DNA of 64,000 nucleotides from Mycoplasmatales bacterium (GTDB lineage Bacteria; Bacillota_I; Bacilli_A; CBDATW01): NCBI GenBank assembly GCA_965226165.1, contig CBDDCI010000002.1, positions 656 to 64,655 of the forward strand, read 5' to 3'. Shown piece by piece: positions 1 to 10,210 of this stretch (position 1 is its first letter; each line of letters starts with the position of its first letter). The notes under the pieces were generated by a model. It saw only the letters and a program-made list of their open reading frames with translations, ran no database searches and was not told where the DNA came from. The position numbers and the translations under genes were made by a program.

Positions 1-488
1 TTTGTATCTATTTTTCCTAAATTAGATGAAATATCACTTTTATTTTTTTCTATATCTTCATTACCTTTGTCTACATAATTAATATTTATATAATTTTCAT
101 TATCATCATCGATTTCTAAATTTATATTCCCGTGTCCGTGCCTATTATGTCTATGTAATAACAAAACCACTTTAATTTTTTTATAATTTTTTCTAAAATA
201 TATGCAGAAATCATCAATTGTTAATAAAATAGGGTTTTGTTTTTCATCATAATAGGTATCTTTATTAAACAAATATTTATAAATTAAATCATTTTCATCA
301 TCGTAAATATTATATTCATGTTGTAATCTATGATAGTCATTTAATAAATTTTCATATTTATAGTGAATATTATTGTCTATAAATAACAAACTATTTTTAA
401 CAATATCATGTATAATCTCTTTTTCAAAAATAATATAAAAATGTGTAGTTCTATTAAATCTAAATACTTGCTTTCCAATATTAAAAGT

Positions 489-701
489 TTATTTGAAATT
501 TTCAGAAGATATTAAAAATTCTTTAATATTATCTATTTTTTCTAAATTAGAAGAAACATCTTTTTTAATATTTTTATCTACAGCAATTAATGAATCAATT
601 TTATTATTATTTTCAGATATTTTTAAAGTTAGAGCACCCAATTGCATTTTTAATCTAACATCATCAATAACTTTATTTATAGGTTTTCTATAATAATTCA
701 T
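489..701 (-). pseudogene. N-terminal fragment of the coiled-coil (fiber-like) protein gene, homolog of 33692-34795. The remainder lies in other frames toward position 1.
   Basis: MNYYRKPINKVIDDVRLKMQLGALT matches the N-terminus of the copy 2 367-aa ORF (MNYYRKLIEKTINDVKLKMQIGALT). The ORF stops after 70 aa. Confidence 0.4.
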
Positions 702-725
702 ATATAATAAAAAAATATATTAAAT

Positions 726-1703
726 TTAATTTTTATTATTAAACAATATTTTTTTCAAGTATTCCATTTTATTATCATTATTTAATAAATGTAAACAAAA
801 ATTAATGTTAGCAACATTATAATCTAATTTAAACATATGTATAATTTTATTATATTCTTTTAAATTTATATTAAAATCTTTTTCTAAAACACCATCAATT
901 TCTAAATTAGCAATTAATGGAATATCAATCTTTTCACTATTAAAAATATATTCAAAAATAATATAACTATTTTTCTTGAATGGTATATCAATAACAGCAT
1001 TATATATAAAAAATTTATCTTGTGATAAATCACAATTTTTCATAGGGTAGTAAGCTTTACAAATTTTAATATATTCATCTGAAATGATTAAATCAATTAT
1101 TTCATTTATTTTATCAAATTTCACATGATAATTATTTAATTTTTTATCTAGAATATTAAATTTATTAGTTTTGTAAATTAATTTTTTAATATGGTCTTGA
1201 TTATTAAGAATAGTAGCTTCATGATAATTTATTAATACTTCATAAGAAGAATATTTCATTATAGTTAATGGTTCATCTGTTTTTAAATATATTTTAAAAT
1301 TTTCTGCTTTATCAAAAATAAGTTTTTCTTCAATTTTCAAATATTTAAATTTATCAAAAACAATATCATATATAAAATCTTTATTATTAATTAAAAATTT
1401 TAAGTTTATATTATTAAAATCAGATTTTATAAATATATGAAAAATATATTTGTAAATATCACTAGGTTTTGATTTACATGTGAAAATTAATTTAAGTCTA
1501 CCATCTGAATCAACTTTTATATCATCATTAAAAATATTTTCATCTGTTATGTTATCATTCATTCTAGAATTAAATAATTGTAATAAATCATTTCTTTCTT
1601 CAATAATATTTTCTAATGAAGTATAAATAATATCAATTTTATTATTTAAATTTTTTTTATCGTCTTCAAAATTATCTTTATTTAGTTTTCTATAATAATT
1701 CAT
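726..1703 (-). CDS. Conserved Polinton hypothetical protein, 325 aa. It corresponds to the two split ORFs 32530-33147 and 33160-33687 of copy 2.
   Basis: ATG start, and an ATATAAAATATATG-type upstream motif. About 75-80% aa identity to the copy 2 ORFs across both halves. Confidence 0.55.
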   Translation of the reverse strand: MNYYRKLNKDNFEDDKKNLNNKIDIIYTSLENIIEERNDLLQLFNSRMNDNITDENIFNDDIKVDSDGRLKLIFTCKSKPSDIYKYIFHIFIKSDFNNINLKFLINNKDFIYDIVFDKFKYLKIEEKLIFDKAENFKIYLKTDEPLTIMKYSSYEVLINYHEATILNNQDHIKKLIYKTNKFNILDKKLNNYHVKFDKINEIIDLIISDEYIKICKAYYPMKNCDLSQDKFFIYNAVIDIPFKKNSYIIFEYIFNSEKIDIPLIANLEIDGVLEKDFNINLKEYNKIIHMFKLDYNVANINFCLHLLNNDNKMEYLKKILFNNKN

Positions 1704-1708
1704 ATATT

Positions 1709-1915
1709 TTATATAATCTTATTTAGAATAGGTATTTTACTAAAGAGATCTGATAAAAATCTTTGAGCTTGTAGTTTTGATACAAATTTACTTTTTTTAC
1801 ATTTGCAAATAGTACATATTGATTTAACTATATATTTTTTATTTTTAGAAATAAATCCTTTTGAATTTAAATCTTTAGTTAATTTTTTACATTTAAGACA
1901 ATAAGTATTCATCAT
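1709..1915 (-). CDS. Small zinc-ribbon protein, 68 aa, with CxxC...CxxC.
   Basis: CLKCKK-x17-CTICKCKKSKFVSK is conserved in all three copies (32314-32523 and 43836-44042). It always sits just downstream of the protease. Confidence 0.55.
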   Translation of the reverse strand: MMNTYCLKCKKLTKDLNSKGFISKNKKYIVKSICTICKCKKSKFVSKLQAQRFLSDLFSKIPILNKII

Positions 1916-1921
1916 ATATAA

Positions 1922-2368
1922 TTATATATCATTTTTTTGAAAATTATTTTTATGAAATTGTAATAAAAATTTAATATAATCTGATTCGTTTTGAATATTT
2001 GCTTTAATGAACATAATACAGAATTTTCCACATTCATTTGAATTATTGCTTTGAATACGATAAATATTTGTTATAATTTTATCATATTGCTTTTTAATGA
2101 TATCTGGTATAAATGGAATACCATATGAATCAAAATAAAATAATTTGTTATGTATGAATTTCATTCCAACCCAATGAGTTCCAATATCATTTGAATCAGC
2201 TAAATTAACTATTGATGATTCATTGTTTTTCAAAATAGGGACATTATTTTTGCTATAAGTTCCAATATAATTTTTATCATTTTTTAATATTTCATTTATT
2301 TTAAAATTTGAAATAGGGTATAAGTCTTTGTTATTTAATTTTTCAAAAAATATTATCTTTTTTATCAC
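1922..2368 (-). CDS. Adenovirus-type (adenain/C5, Ulp1-like) cysteine protease.
   Basis: GTHWVGMKF...FYFDSYGIP...NECGKFCIMF gives the His, Asp and Cys catalytic signature. The track start is GTG and there is no in-frame ATG. It overlaps the upstream gene at a T-run. Confidence 0.65.
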   Translation of the reverse strand: MIKKIIFFEKLNNKDLYPISNFKINEILKNDKNYIGTYSKNNVPILKNNESSIVNLADSNDIGTHWVGMKFIHNKLFYFDSYGIPFIPDIIKKQYDKIITNIYRIQSNNSNECGKFCIMFIKANIQNESDYIKFLLQFHKNNFQKNDI

Positions 2369-2369
2369 A

Positions 2370-2911
2370 ACATGAACCAGATCCTTTATTTAATAAAGAA
2401 GGCAATAATGAACCTACTTAAGGTAATATAAACGATAAAACAGATCCACCATTTTGCTCTGAAATAGATTTATAATTAGTTAATTTCATATTAGATAATT
2501 TTTCTAAAATATTATTTATTTTTTAACATTTGATGGATATAAATCTATTCTAATATTTCCTCCTCTTTTCTTTTTTAATGATTTATTTATTAAATGTGAA
2601 CTAGTTGTCGTGACTCCAGTAACAGCTAATGCAGGTAATAATTTTTTTCCGAAATTTATTGCATGTGGTAAAATAGCTTTAAAAATATTTCCCAAATTAC
2701 CACCGTTTTGTACATAATATTCTTTTCTTTTATCAGTAAAAACATATTTTACTTCACCTTTTTCAAGTGATCTATTAAACATATTTTTAGTTAAGTAAAT
2801 TTTATACTTTCTATTTTTTATAATGTTTTCTTTTTTTAATAAAATACTAGGATTCTTAAATTTTGATAATTTATTTATTTCTTTAGGTGTAAATTTGCCA
2901 CCAATTTCCAT
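2370..2911 (-). pseudogene. Pre-protease structural protein (homolog of 31301-31888), disrupted by a frameshift and an in-frame stop.
   Basis: The intact track ORF 2516-2911 (131 aa) matches the N-terminal part of the copy 2 195-aa protein. The C-terminal part (KLSNMKLTN...SLLNKGSGSCCDKKDNIF) is recovered in another frame with one TAA. Confidence 0.5.
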
Positions 2912-2928
2912 ATATTATATATAAATAT

Positions 2929-4107
2929 TTAATATGTTTTGCTAATGTCTAAAAAATTATTATTAATTTTTAAGTTAATATTAGACTTTTTTCTCCAAAT
3001 TATAATAGCTTCACTATTATCATCATCAACACCTAATCCTGAAATATTAATATATTTATTATTTCTATCAAATCTAGAACTTTTATATATTGGAAAACTA
3101 TGAACAGTATAATTATTTAAAAATCTGTTATTACCTAAGATAAATTCATTTGCATATTCAGTTCTGTTTTTTAATTCTGTATATGCATCTAAATCTGATA
3201 ATATTTCAGTTTGAAATTTTTGATTGTCTATATATAATTGAATATTTTTACATTTTTTATTAGGTAATATTAAAGTATTATTATTATCTTTAATTAATAG
3301 TAAAAATAAATCATTACAATTTCGAACATTATTAACAAATACATCAAAATTTTCATTTGTTATATTATTACTATCTTTCTTAACATAATTTTCTAAAAAT
3401 TTAATATTAACATTAAAATTATTATGATTTTTTAGATATTCTAATTTTTCAATTTCATGTAATGTAACTCTATCTACATATAAATAACTGCTAACTAATG
3501 TTTGTATTACATTATCTTGATCAGTAACATATATTTGATCTACTAATTTTAATGTTAAATTAAATTCAGCAAATTCTAGAGGAATATTTAAATTTTTGAA
3601 AAAATTACTAATATCTTTTAAAAATACGTTACATGTAACTCTAATTGTATCACCATTTTTAACTAAAAAGATATCTTTATTAGTATCATTGTATTTAACA
3701 ACATTTTGGTGTATATCAATATTTCTATAAATTAAATCATCATTTTTAGAATTTTCTAAAATATGATTAATTATATAAGAATAATTTGTACTATTTTCGT
3801 TACTTATAATTTTATTATTAAGTTCGATTTCTAATTCTGGTATCATTTCATAAGAATTTTTTAATGTTAAATTATTTTTTGTACAAGCTTCAGCTGTTTC
3901 AAATTTTATATTAAATATAAATTAAAAATATGCATTGCTGTAATCAATTAATTGACTTGAATTATTTTGTGTATTAAATACTATTGAAGTATTATTATTA
4001 TTTTCCGGATTGAGTTTTAATTTATATACTTCTTTAAAAGAAATATGTTCAACTTTTTCATTTTTAGATTTTACTAAATTTATAATTTGATTAAATTCGT
4101 TGGTCAT
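2929..4107 (-). pseudogene. Putative major capsid protein gene (homolog of 30089-31285) carrying one in-frame nonsense codon.
   Basis: Track ORFs 3922-4107 (61 aa) and 2929-3846 (305 aa) are in the same frame. They read through ...SNAYF*FIFNIKFETAEACTK... where copy 2 reads SNAYIEFQFNIKFATADACTK. Confidence 0.55.
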
Positions 4108-4135
4108 TATATATTAATATATTATATTTTTTAAA

Positions 4136-4339
4136 TCATGATAGAATTTTTAGGCCTGATCCTTTAACAGATTTTAAACCTTTTGCTTTTTTAACATTAG
4201 ATAATCCTGATGCTTTTTTAACAGTTGATAATCCAGATGCTTTAATAATTTTTTTTTCTAACATATTTTTATTTTTATCATTTGAAATAATAACGCCATT
4301 AACAATCATAATATATACTATATCAACATAATATTTCAT
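4136..4339 (-). CDS. Small Lys/Gly-rich basic protein with K(A/G)SGL repeats. It is a candidate core/DNA-condensing protein.
   Basis: 67 aa ending KASGLSTVKKASGLSNVKKAKGLKSVKGSGLKILS. A positional homolog lies between the ATPase and the MCP candidate in all copies. Confidence 0.45.
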   Translation of the reverse strand: MKYYVDIVYIMIVNGVIISNDKNKNMLEKKIIKASGLSTVKKASGLSNVKKAKGLKSVKGSGLKILS

Positions 4340-4958
4340 TAAGATTTTTTCTTATTTGGAATTTTTCAATAGGAGTTTTTAAATCTATAATAATATTTTC
4401 ATATTTATTTAATTCTGAAGCAATTTTATAAAATAATTCTTTATTAATATTAATTGGTTGATCAATGTATATTTGAGATAATTGATTTTTAGGAATTTTA
4501 AATAATATTATATAATTTACATTTAATCTTAATGTTTTTGACATTTTGAAATATGAATGTGCTAAAAAGAAATTACTACAATTTTTCTTTTGAGAACGAA
4601 TAAACCAATCCATAATTTTTTTATCGTCTGATAATTGATCATCAAATATACAGCATGTTTGTAAATTTCCTTTAATTAAAGAATCTAGATCATATTCATC
4701 ATTTTGATAAAAAATTTTTACATCATGGGGAAATTTCTTTAAAAGAAAATTATATTTTGCTTCAGCTTCTTTTGTAAATATAAAAATTTTTTGAAAAACT
4801 GGATTCAATGTTAAAATATTGAATAATAGGTTAGTTTTTGAACATCCTGTTTTTCCAATAATAATTGTATTACTAACATGCTGGGGTGTAAATACTGATT
4901 TGTTTATATAATTTTCATTATTTTTATTAACTATGTCATCAAAGTTTATGATTTTCAT
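4323..4958 (-). CDS. FtsK/HerA-superfamily (A32-like) DNA packaging ATPase.
   Basis: Walker A IIIGKTGCSKTN, and a Walker B-like CCIFDDQ. About 88% identical to copy 2 29245-29883. Confidence 0.8.
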   Translation of the reverse strand: MKIINFDDIVNKNNENYINKSVFTPQHVSNTIIIGKTGCSKTNLLFNILTLNPVFQKIFIFTKEAEAKYNFLLKKFPHDVKIFYQNDEYDLDSLIKGNLQTCCIFDDQLSDDKKIMDWFIRSQKKNCSNFFLAHSYFKMSKTLRLNVNYIILFKIPKNQLSQIYIDQPININKELFYKIASELNKYENIIIDLKTPIEKFQIRKNLNEILC

Positions 4959-4967
4959 TATATATAA

Positions 4968-5336
4968 TTAGAATGTATTTATTACAGATAATTTATTTGT
5001 CAATTTATCATAAAGATGGTTTATTTCATCATTATTTAGTTCTTTGTAAGTCGTTGATTTATAATTCAATTGCTCTTTCAATAAATCTTTTTTTAGTTTA
5101 GTTATATTTAATCTAATGTCAACATTTGAATTATGTTTAATAGAATCTATAATGGGAATCAAAATCATCGATAAAATAGCAAAAATATTTAAAAATGATA
5201 ATCCAGTAGCAACAGATAAAATAGCTACTTTTGAAATTTCAAAACTGTATTTACAAATTTTTAATTTTCTATGTTTAATTTTTTCATTGATTAATTGATT
5301 TTGAATATCTTTAAATAATTTTTCTAATTCAGCCAT
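4968..5336 (-). CDS. Small transmembrane protein, 122 aa.
   Basis: Central hydrophobic segment VAILSVATGLSFLNIFAILSMILIPII. The C-terminal tail NHLYDKLTNKLSVINTF is identical to the copy 3 homolog (40349-40717). It is only distantly similar to the copy 2 homolog. Confidence 0.5.
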   Translation of the reverse strand: MAELEKLFKDIQNQLINEKIKHRKLKICKYSFEISKVAILSVATGLSFLNIFAILSMILIPIIDSIKHNSNVDIRLNITKLKKDLLKEQLNYKSTTYKELNNDEINHLYDKLTNKLSVINTF

Positions 5337-5342
5337 ATATAA

Positions 5343-6035
5343 TTAATGAATATAAACAGATATGCTAAAATAATCAGTCATTTCTATTTTATTACTTTTT
5401 TCATCTAAAAATTCAAATTCAATGTAATTAAAATTATCATTAATTATTTTTTGCTTTTTAAAAATTGATGGTTCAGTATAAACAGTAAGTTCAGCTAATC
5501 CAGATTTTATAAATACATTACTGAGATAATAAGGATTATTTTTGTTGTCAATAACATTACAATATATTTTTAAATAATTAATAGAATTGATCTGTGGAAC
5601 TAAATCAGATCGTTGTAAATATTTTCTTAATATTTTATCAGAAAATCCTAACATTTTAGAAAAGTTATCATCCAAATGTAATTCATAACCGTCTTCAATT
5701 AAAACGATTATTTTAAACGTGTTAATATCAGTTAAAATTGATATTATAGGAGTATCATCTTCTGTTAATAATTCGTGTCTTATTAATTCATTGTTAAGAA
5801 TTTTATTAATATCAGCTACTTCTAACATACTATCTATAAATGTTATTGTATAAAATGCATTATCCTTTTTTACTTTCATTTGATAAGATTCTTTAACATT
5901 ATGAAAGAAATTGTAAAATATTGCTTGCGTTAAACTCATAAATGAATTATTGAATCTGATAGGACTTTTAAATTCATATCTTAATTTATTTGAATCTAAT
6001 TTATGTTCATTACTATTTAAAATGAATTCAGTCAT
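5343..6035 (-). CDS. Conserved 230-aa protein, a candidate minor capsid (penton) protein.
   Basis: About 80% identical to copy 2 28156-28848. The conserved C-terminus MTDYFSISVYIH is also present in copy 3 (39653-40342). Confidence 0.55.
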   Translation of the reverse strand: MTEFILNSNEHKLDSNKLRYEFKSPIRFNNSFMSLTQAIFYNFFHNVKESYQMKVKKDNAFYTITFIDSMLEVADINKILNNELIRHELLTEDDTPIISILTDINTFKIIVLIEDGYELHLDDNFSKMLGFSDKILRKYLQRSDLVPQINSINYLKIYCNVIDNKNNPYYLSNVFIKSGLAELTVYTEPSIFKKQKIINDNFNYIEFEFLDEKSNKIEMTDYFSISVYIH

Positions 6036-6039
6036 ATAT

Positions 6040-7038
6040 TATATATTTATAATTTATTTATAATGTTTTGATATTCTTTTTTAGAAATTTTATTATTTTT
6101 ATAATTATTGTATAACATTTCATTTATTTTGTTATAAAGGTCCTTTGATTTGTTTCCTGCTAAATAACTTGATATTGATAAGTTTAATTTATCATTTTTT
6201 CGATATTTTTGTAAAGCATTATAAACATCGTATTAATTTTTACTCAATTCATTTATATTTTATTTTTTAATATAGCATTTTTCATATTGTTAGATATTTG
6301 ATAATCGTCTTTTGATAAATCATTATGTATTTTCCTATTATTTGAAATATATCTAACTTTTAAAATACTTTTTTTCAAAAGGTCTTAATTAATTTTTATT
6401 TTACTATATTCTTGTCCTAATATATTTTCTACAGTTTTTGATAAATTATCTTTTAATTTAGGCATTAAAGATTTTTTAGAACTTGATGGTAATGATTTTG
6501 ATTTTTTTGTTATATCAATATTTCTAAATTTTTCAATATCATCCATAGCATTTTTATATTCGTCATAATCTATTGTTATATCTTTTAAATTATTATTAGT
6601 TTTATAAATATTATTAATATTTTCTCTATCTGATCTTCCTATTTCTTTATTGTTTTTAATAGAATTCATTATAGATTCTAAACTGACTTCATCAATATTT
6701 TCATTTCTTGGTTTATATAATGAAGCATGCTTATATTTTATATAAACATTTTTAACAAAATTTAAAACTGATTCTTTATCATTACTATGAATACTAAGTA
6801 ATTCACCATTATTTTTATTAATTTTGTTAGATAATTTATCTGTTAATTTTTCAATATATTTATTTTCTTTATCTAATTTTTTTTCTTCGTCAATAATATC
6901 ATTTATATCATTTTTATAATTTTTTTCTTCAAAATTTTGTAGTAATTCAGTATCTTTAAAAGTTTTTGCAAAAGTATGTTGCATATTATCTAATAGTTTT
7001 TTATAATCTTCAACTGATATTTCTTTAAAAGTAGTCAT
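6040..7038 (-). pseudogene. Lys/Asn-rich conserved protein gene (homolog of 27047-28141). Its C-terminal third is frameshifted.
   Basis: The 217-aa ORF 6385-7038 matches the N-terminal part. The conserved C-terminal block ILKVRYISNNRKIHN...SYLAGNKSKDLYNKINEMLYNNYKNNKISKKEYQNIINKL is found at 6040-6385 broken by stops. Confidence 0.5.
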
Positions 7039-7139
7039 TATATATCATATATCAATATTTAATTTGTGTCATTGGTTTTTTATAAATTGTGTCATTTTTA
7101 AGTATAAAATTTTATTTTTTGGTGTCATACATATTTCAT

Positions 7140-8424
7140 TTATATGTCATTTTATAAGTATTTTGTTATGTCAGATTTATTAACCCATTGGTTAAAATCA
7201 TTTGAATATCCTTTAAATTTTACATATACTTTATTTTTATTAGTTTTTGATATTTTTTTTTATTGTGTATAAATCATCTTGTTTAGTTTTTTGTAGCTCT
7301 TGTTCATAAAAAGTACCATCTAATTTTTCATTATTTAAATCTTTTAAATAATAATATGGAACGTTGCTATATTTAATACCATATATTACAAATATTTCTT
7401 GAGTCCAATTTGTTTCATAACCTTTTTCAAAAATATTTTTTCTAAAGAAATTCTAACTCTATCTCCAATTTTAAATTTTCCTAATTTTTTAGTTTTTTCA
7501 AAATTATAAATATTTTCTTTTCATTAACTTTTTTAGGTCCTTCTATAGGAGTCATTTTTATTATTGAATGATATTAATTATTGTAATTGTTGACTAATTC
7601 ATCTAAAATATTATAAAATAATGTATTATTATTTTCAGTAGATTTTTTATACATCATATTTTTAAAAGTTCTGTTAAATCTTTCTACTACAGCTGATTTT
7701 ATTTCAGAATTATTAGTTGAATATAGTTTAATATTATTTTCATTTAATAAATCTTGTACTTGTTTATTATAAAATTCTGTTCCTCTGTCTGTCCATAAAA
7801 AATTTGGTTTTCTTTGTTTAAATATTTTTTCTAAAGCGTTTTTTTAGTAATTCCTCTTTTGTCTTTAAGAGGAATAACCCAAGCAAATTTTGAAAATATG
7901 TCAATACATGTTAGAAGGTATCGATATCCTTTGTTTAATTTAGCAAATTTTTGCATTTCTACCAAATCTGCTGCAAAAATTTCATCTGTATGGTTAACAA
8001 TTATTCTACGTCTAGGATAATTTTTCCGTTTAGATTTATGTAGTTCTTCAGATAGAATTTTATTGTGATTTTCTACTCCTAATCCAAGTTTTCTTTTTGA
8101 TCGTATAATATTTTTAACAAGAAAAGTTCCGTATTGTTGTTGATTATACGGTAATTCGTTAATAGCTTTTATCATTTTTTCATCTGCAATGTGTTTGTCT
8201 TTTAAATTTTTTGCTAGAGTATAATCAACATCATGCTGAGAACATATTTCATCTGTTTTTCCTGTTGGATTTTGCATGTATCTTAAGATATTTCCATTTT
8301 TATCATAAATCAATTGCTTGTGTAATGGGTTATGTGCTCCACAATAATTCATATTTGGAAGGGCAAACCCTCTTTTAGGTATCATTGGTAATTTTCCAAT
8401 AGCTTTGTGTATATCGATTGTCAT
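7140..8424 (-). pseudogene. Retroviral-type (rve) integrase with a C-terminal chromodomain, disrupted by several frameshifts.
   Basis: ORF 7831-8424 carries DLVEM...YRYLLTCIDIFSKFAWVIPLKDK (first two catalytic Asp). Downstream frames give LWTDRGTEFYN...KSAVVERFNRTFK (catalytic Glu region) and KNKVYVKFKGYSNDFNQW (chromodomain). Confidence 0.7.
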
Positions 8425-8429
8425 ATATT

Positions 8430-9000
8430 ATAGTAGTATATATTAAGCTTTATTTGGCTTAGCGGTTATTTAAGGGGTTATGTCTTATGAATGTCGATTA
8501 CCATATAATAATATATTAGACTTTGCTGTAATATACAAGCAAACGTATTATATGTGATAATTCCAAACTATACTCTCTCTTATATGTGATAACAACGAGC
8601 TGCATATATGTAGCATTATGCAAAAGCATTATGTCATATATACACACTGAGTATATATAGAGTAGTTAAATATGGTATAATTATGCTATCATGTAAAACG
8701 TATGAATAAGCTTACTGTATATTAGTTTCAAATGCTTTTAATGTAAAACGCATCTCCTCTATACCCGATAATAATTGATACGCTCATGAATTTTCAGTAT
8801 AGAGGTCAGCTGTCATTCGTCTATTTGACGAATCAGATAGGGGACGCAGCCTGCAAGTTACGATGAATTTGGTGCATTTCGAATTTTTGGGGGCAGGTCT
8901 CCATGGAACCCTAAACCAAGGTGTTAGTGTTGCTTTATCTGAACTCAATTAGTCTAACGCTAACGAATTAGTGTAATCGAGCATCCACTTGTACAATTTT
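8430..9000 (+). repeat. 5' subterminal region (block A) of the copy 1 / copy 3 element family.
   Basis: 8740-9000 is a near-exact reverse complement of 36380-36620, just upstream of the copy 3 integrase. Confidence 0.6.
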
Positions 9001-9039
9001 TAAGTACTATTTAAATTTTTTCAACCAATGACTTAAAAT

Positions 9040-9240
9040 TTTTTTGGGGAATTTTTTTGGAATTTTTTTAGAAATTTTTTTTGGAAAAATTTTTTTTGGA
9101 AATTTTTTTTTGAAAAATTTTTTTTTGGGGGAAATTTTTTTTTGGAAAAATTTTTTTTGGGGGAAATTTTTTTTTTGGGAAAAATATTTTTTTTCAATTT
9201 TCAAAATTTTCATAAATGATACAATATTTTGTAATATTTT
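9040..9240. repeat. Simple repeat (T5-8 G2-5 A3-5).
   Basis: Visible low-complexity tttttttgg(g)aaaa iterations. A counterpart lies at 36770-36890 and 36290-36360. Confidence 0.8.
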
Positions 9241-9419
9241 AGTTTGAAAATGTTGTTATTTTTAATTTATTGTTTAATTTGTTGATATAAATTTTTTTGG
9301 TTATTAAATATAAGCAGTTGTAAAATTTCAGGAATTTTTTTTCAAAATTAAAATTTTTTTATAAATAATCCAATATTTCAAAAACAATTCTATATTACTT
9401 ATATATATATTTTTCCATT

Positions 9420-9800
9420 ATTGCATATTTCTATTAAATATCAATTTTCATATCATTTCCATACCATTTCATATAATTTTCATATCATTTTCATATAATT
9501 TTCATATAATTTTCATATAATTTTCATATAATTTTCATATCATTTCATGCTTATTTCATATAATTTTTCAAAAAATTTCATATGATTTTCATATCATTTC
9601 ATGCTTATTTTATATAATTTTTCAAAAAATTTCATATAATTTTTCAAAAATTTGTTTATAAATAATTAAGATTATTTAGCGGCTCGTATTTTTTACCAAA
9701 ATAACACTCATTATCTCAACATCAAGATCAAATATCGCTAAAAATCAGCAATAAAAAAATCTGAGCCAGTCAATTAATAAATGTAACGATGGATTTTTTT
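9420..9800 (-). repeat. Satellite S (reverse orientation), made of CATATAATTTTCATAT microrepeats plus a diverged ~180 bp unit.
   Basis: The same unit type is seen at 17940-18392, 35680-36290 and 50100-51180. Confidence 0.6.
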
Positions 9801-9844
9801 TTTCAAAATTAAAATTTTTTTATAAATAATCTAGTATTTATGAC

Positions 9845-10210
9845 TACTATATAAAACAAGGGTTTGGGCATACTTCATTTTTTACCATAATTCAATTTTT
9901 TGAAATATATTCAACTTGAAAATAAAAAATGGACATAAATAATTAAAACCTAAATTTACCTTAAAAATGAAAAAAACCATTTTTTTGACAAATTATCAAA
10001 AATTTTTTTGAGGAACGGAGCTTGCGTAGTGACGAAAAAAAATTTTTGATGAAATTTACCAAAAAGATGGTTTTTTTCCATTTTTGAGGTAAAATTAGAT
10101 TTTAATGATTTATAATCACTTTTTAATTTTCAAGTTGAATATATTTCAAAAAATTGAATTATGGTAAAAAATGAAGTGTGCCCAAATCCTTGTTTTATAT
10201 AGTAGTTTCG
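9845..10210. mobile_element. Foldback / MITE-like element with ~90 bp terminal inverted repeats.
   Basis: 9845-9935 (ctagtatttatgactactatataaaacaagggtttgggcatacttcatttt...) is reverse-complemented at 10120-10210. Confidence 0.6.

Larger units (their letters stand above)
1..9240 (-). mobile_element. Polinton/Maverick-like element, copy 1. It is partial (3' side cut by the window start). Genes are on the minus strand and the 5' terminal region (block A plus simple repeats) lies at 8430-9240.
   Basis: Gene order and sequences are collinear with copy 2 at 25594-34795 (integrase to coiled-coil gene). The integrase, MCP candidate and two other genes carry stops or frameshifts. The 8430-9240 block recurs upstream of the copy 3 integrase at 36290-37000. 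Confidence 0.75.

Noticed and set aside
5116-5298. 60-aa plus-strand ORF opposite the copy 1 transmembrane protein gene.
   Set aside because: It is antisense to a gene conserved in all three copies. It has hydrophobic low-complexity content typical of antisense AT-rich DNA.
9007-9247. Overlapping ORFs 9007-9213 (-) and 9044-9247 (+) encoding FFGKxFF / KKFPKK repeats.
   Set aside because: They are translations of a T/G/A simple repeat. The same artefact appears at 36750-36947.
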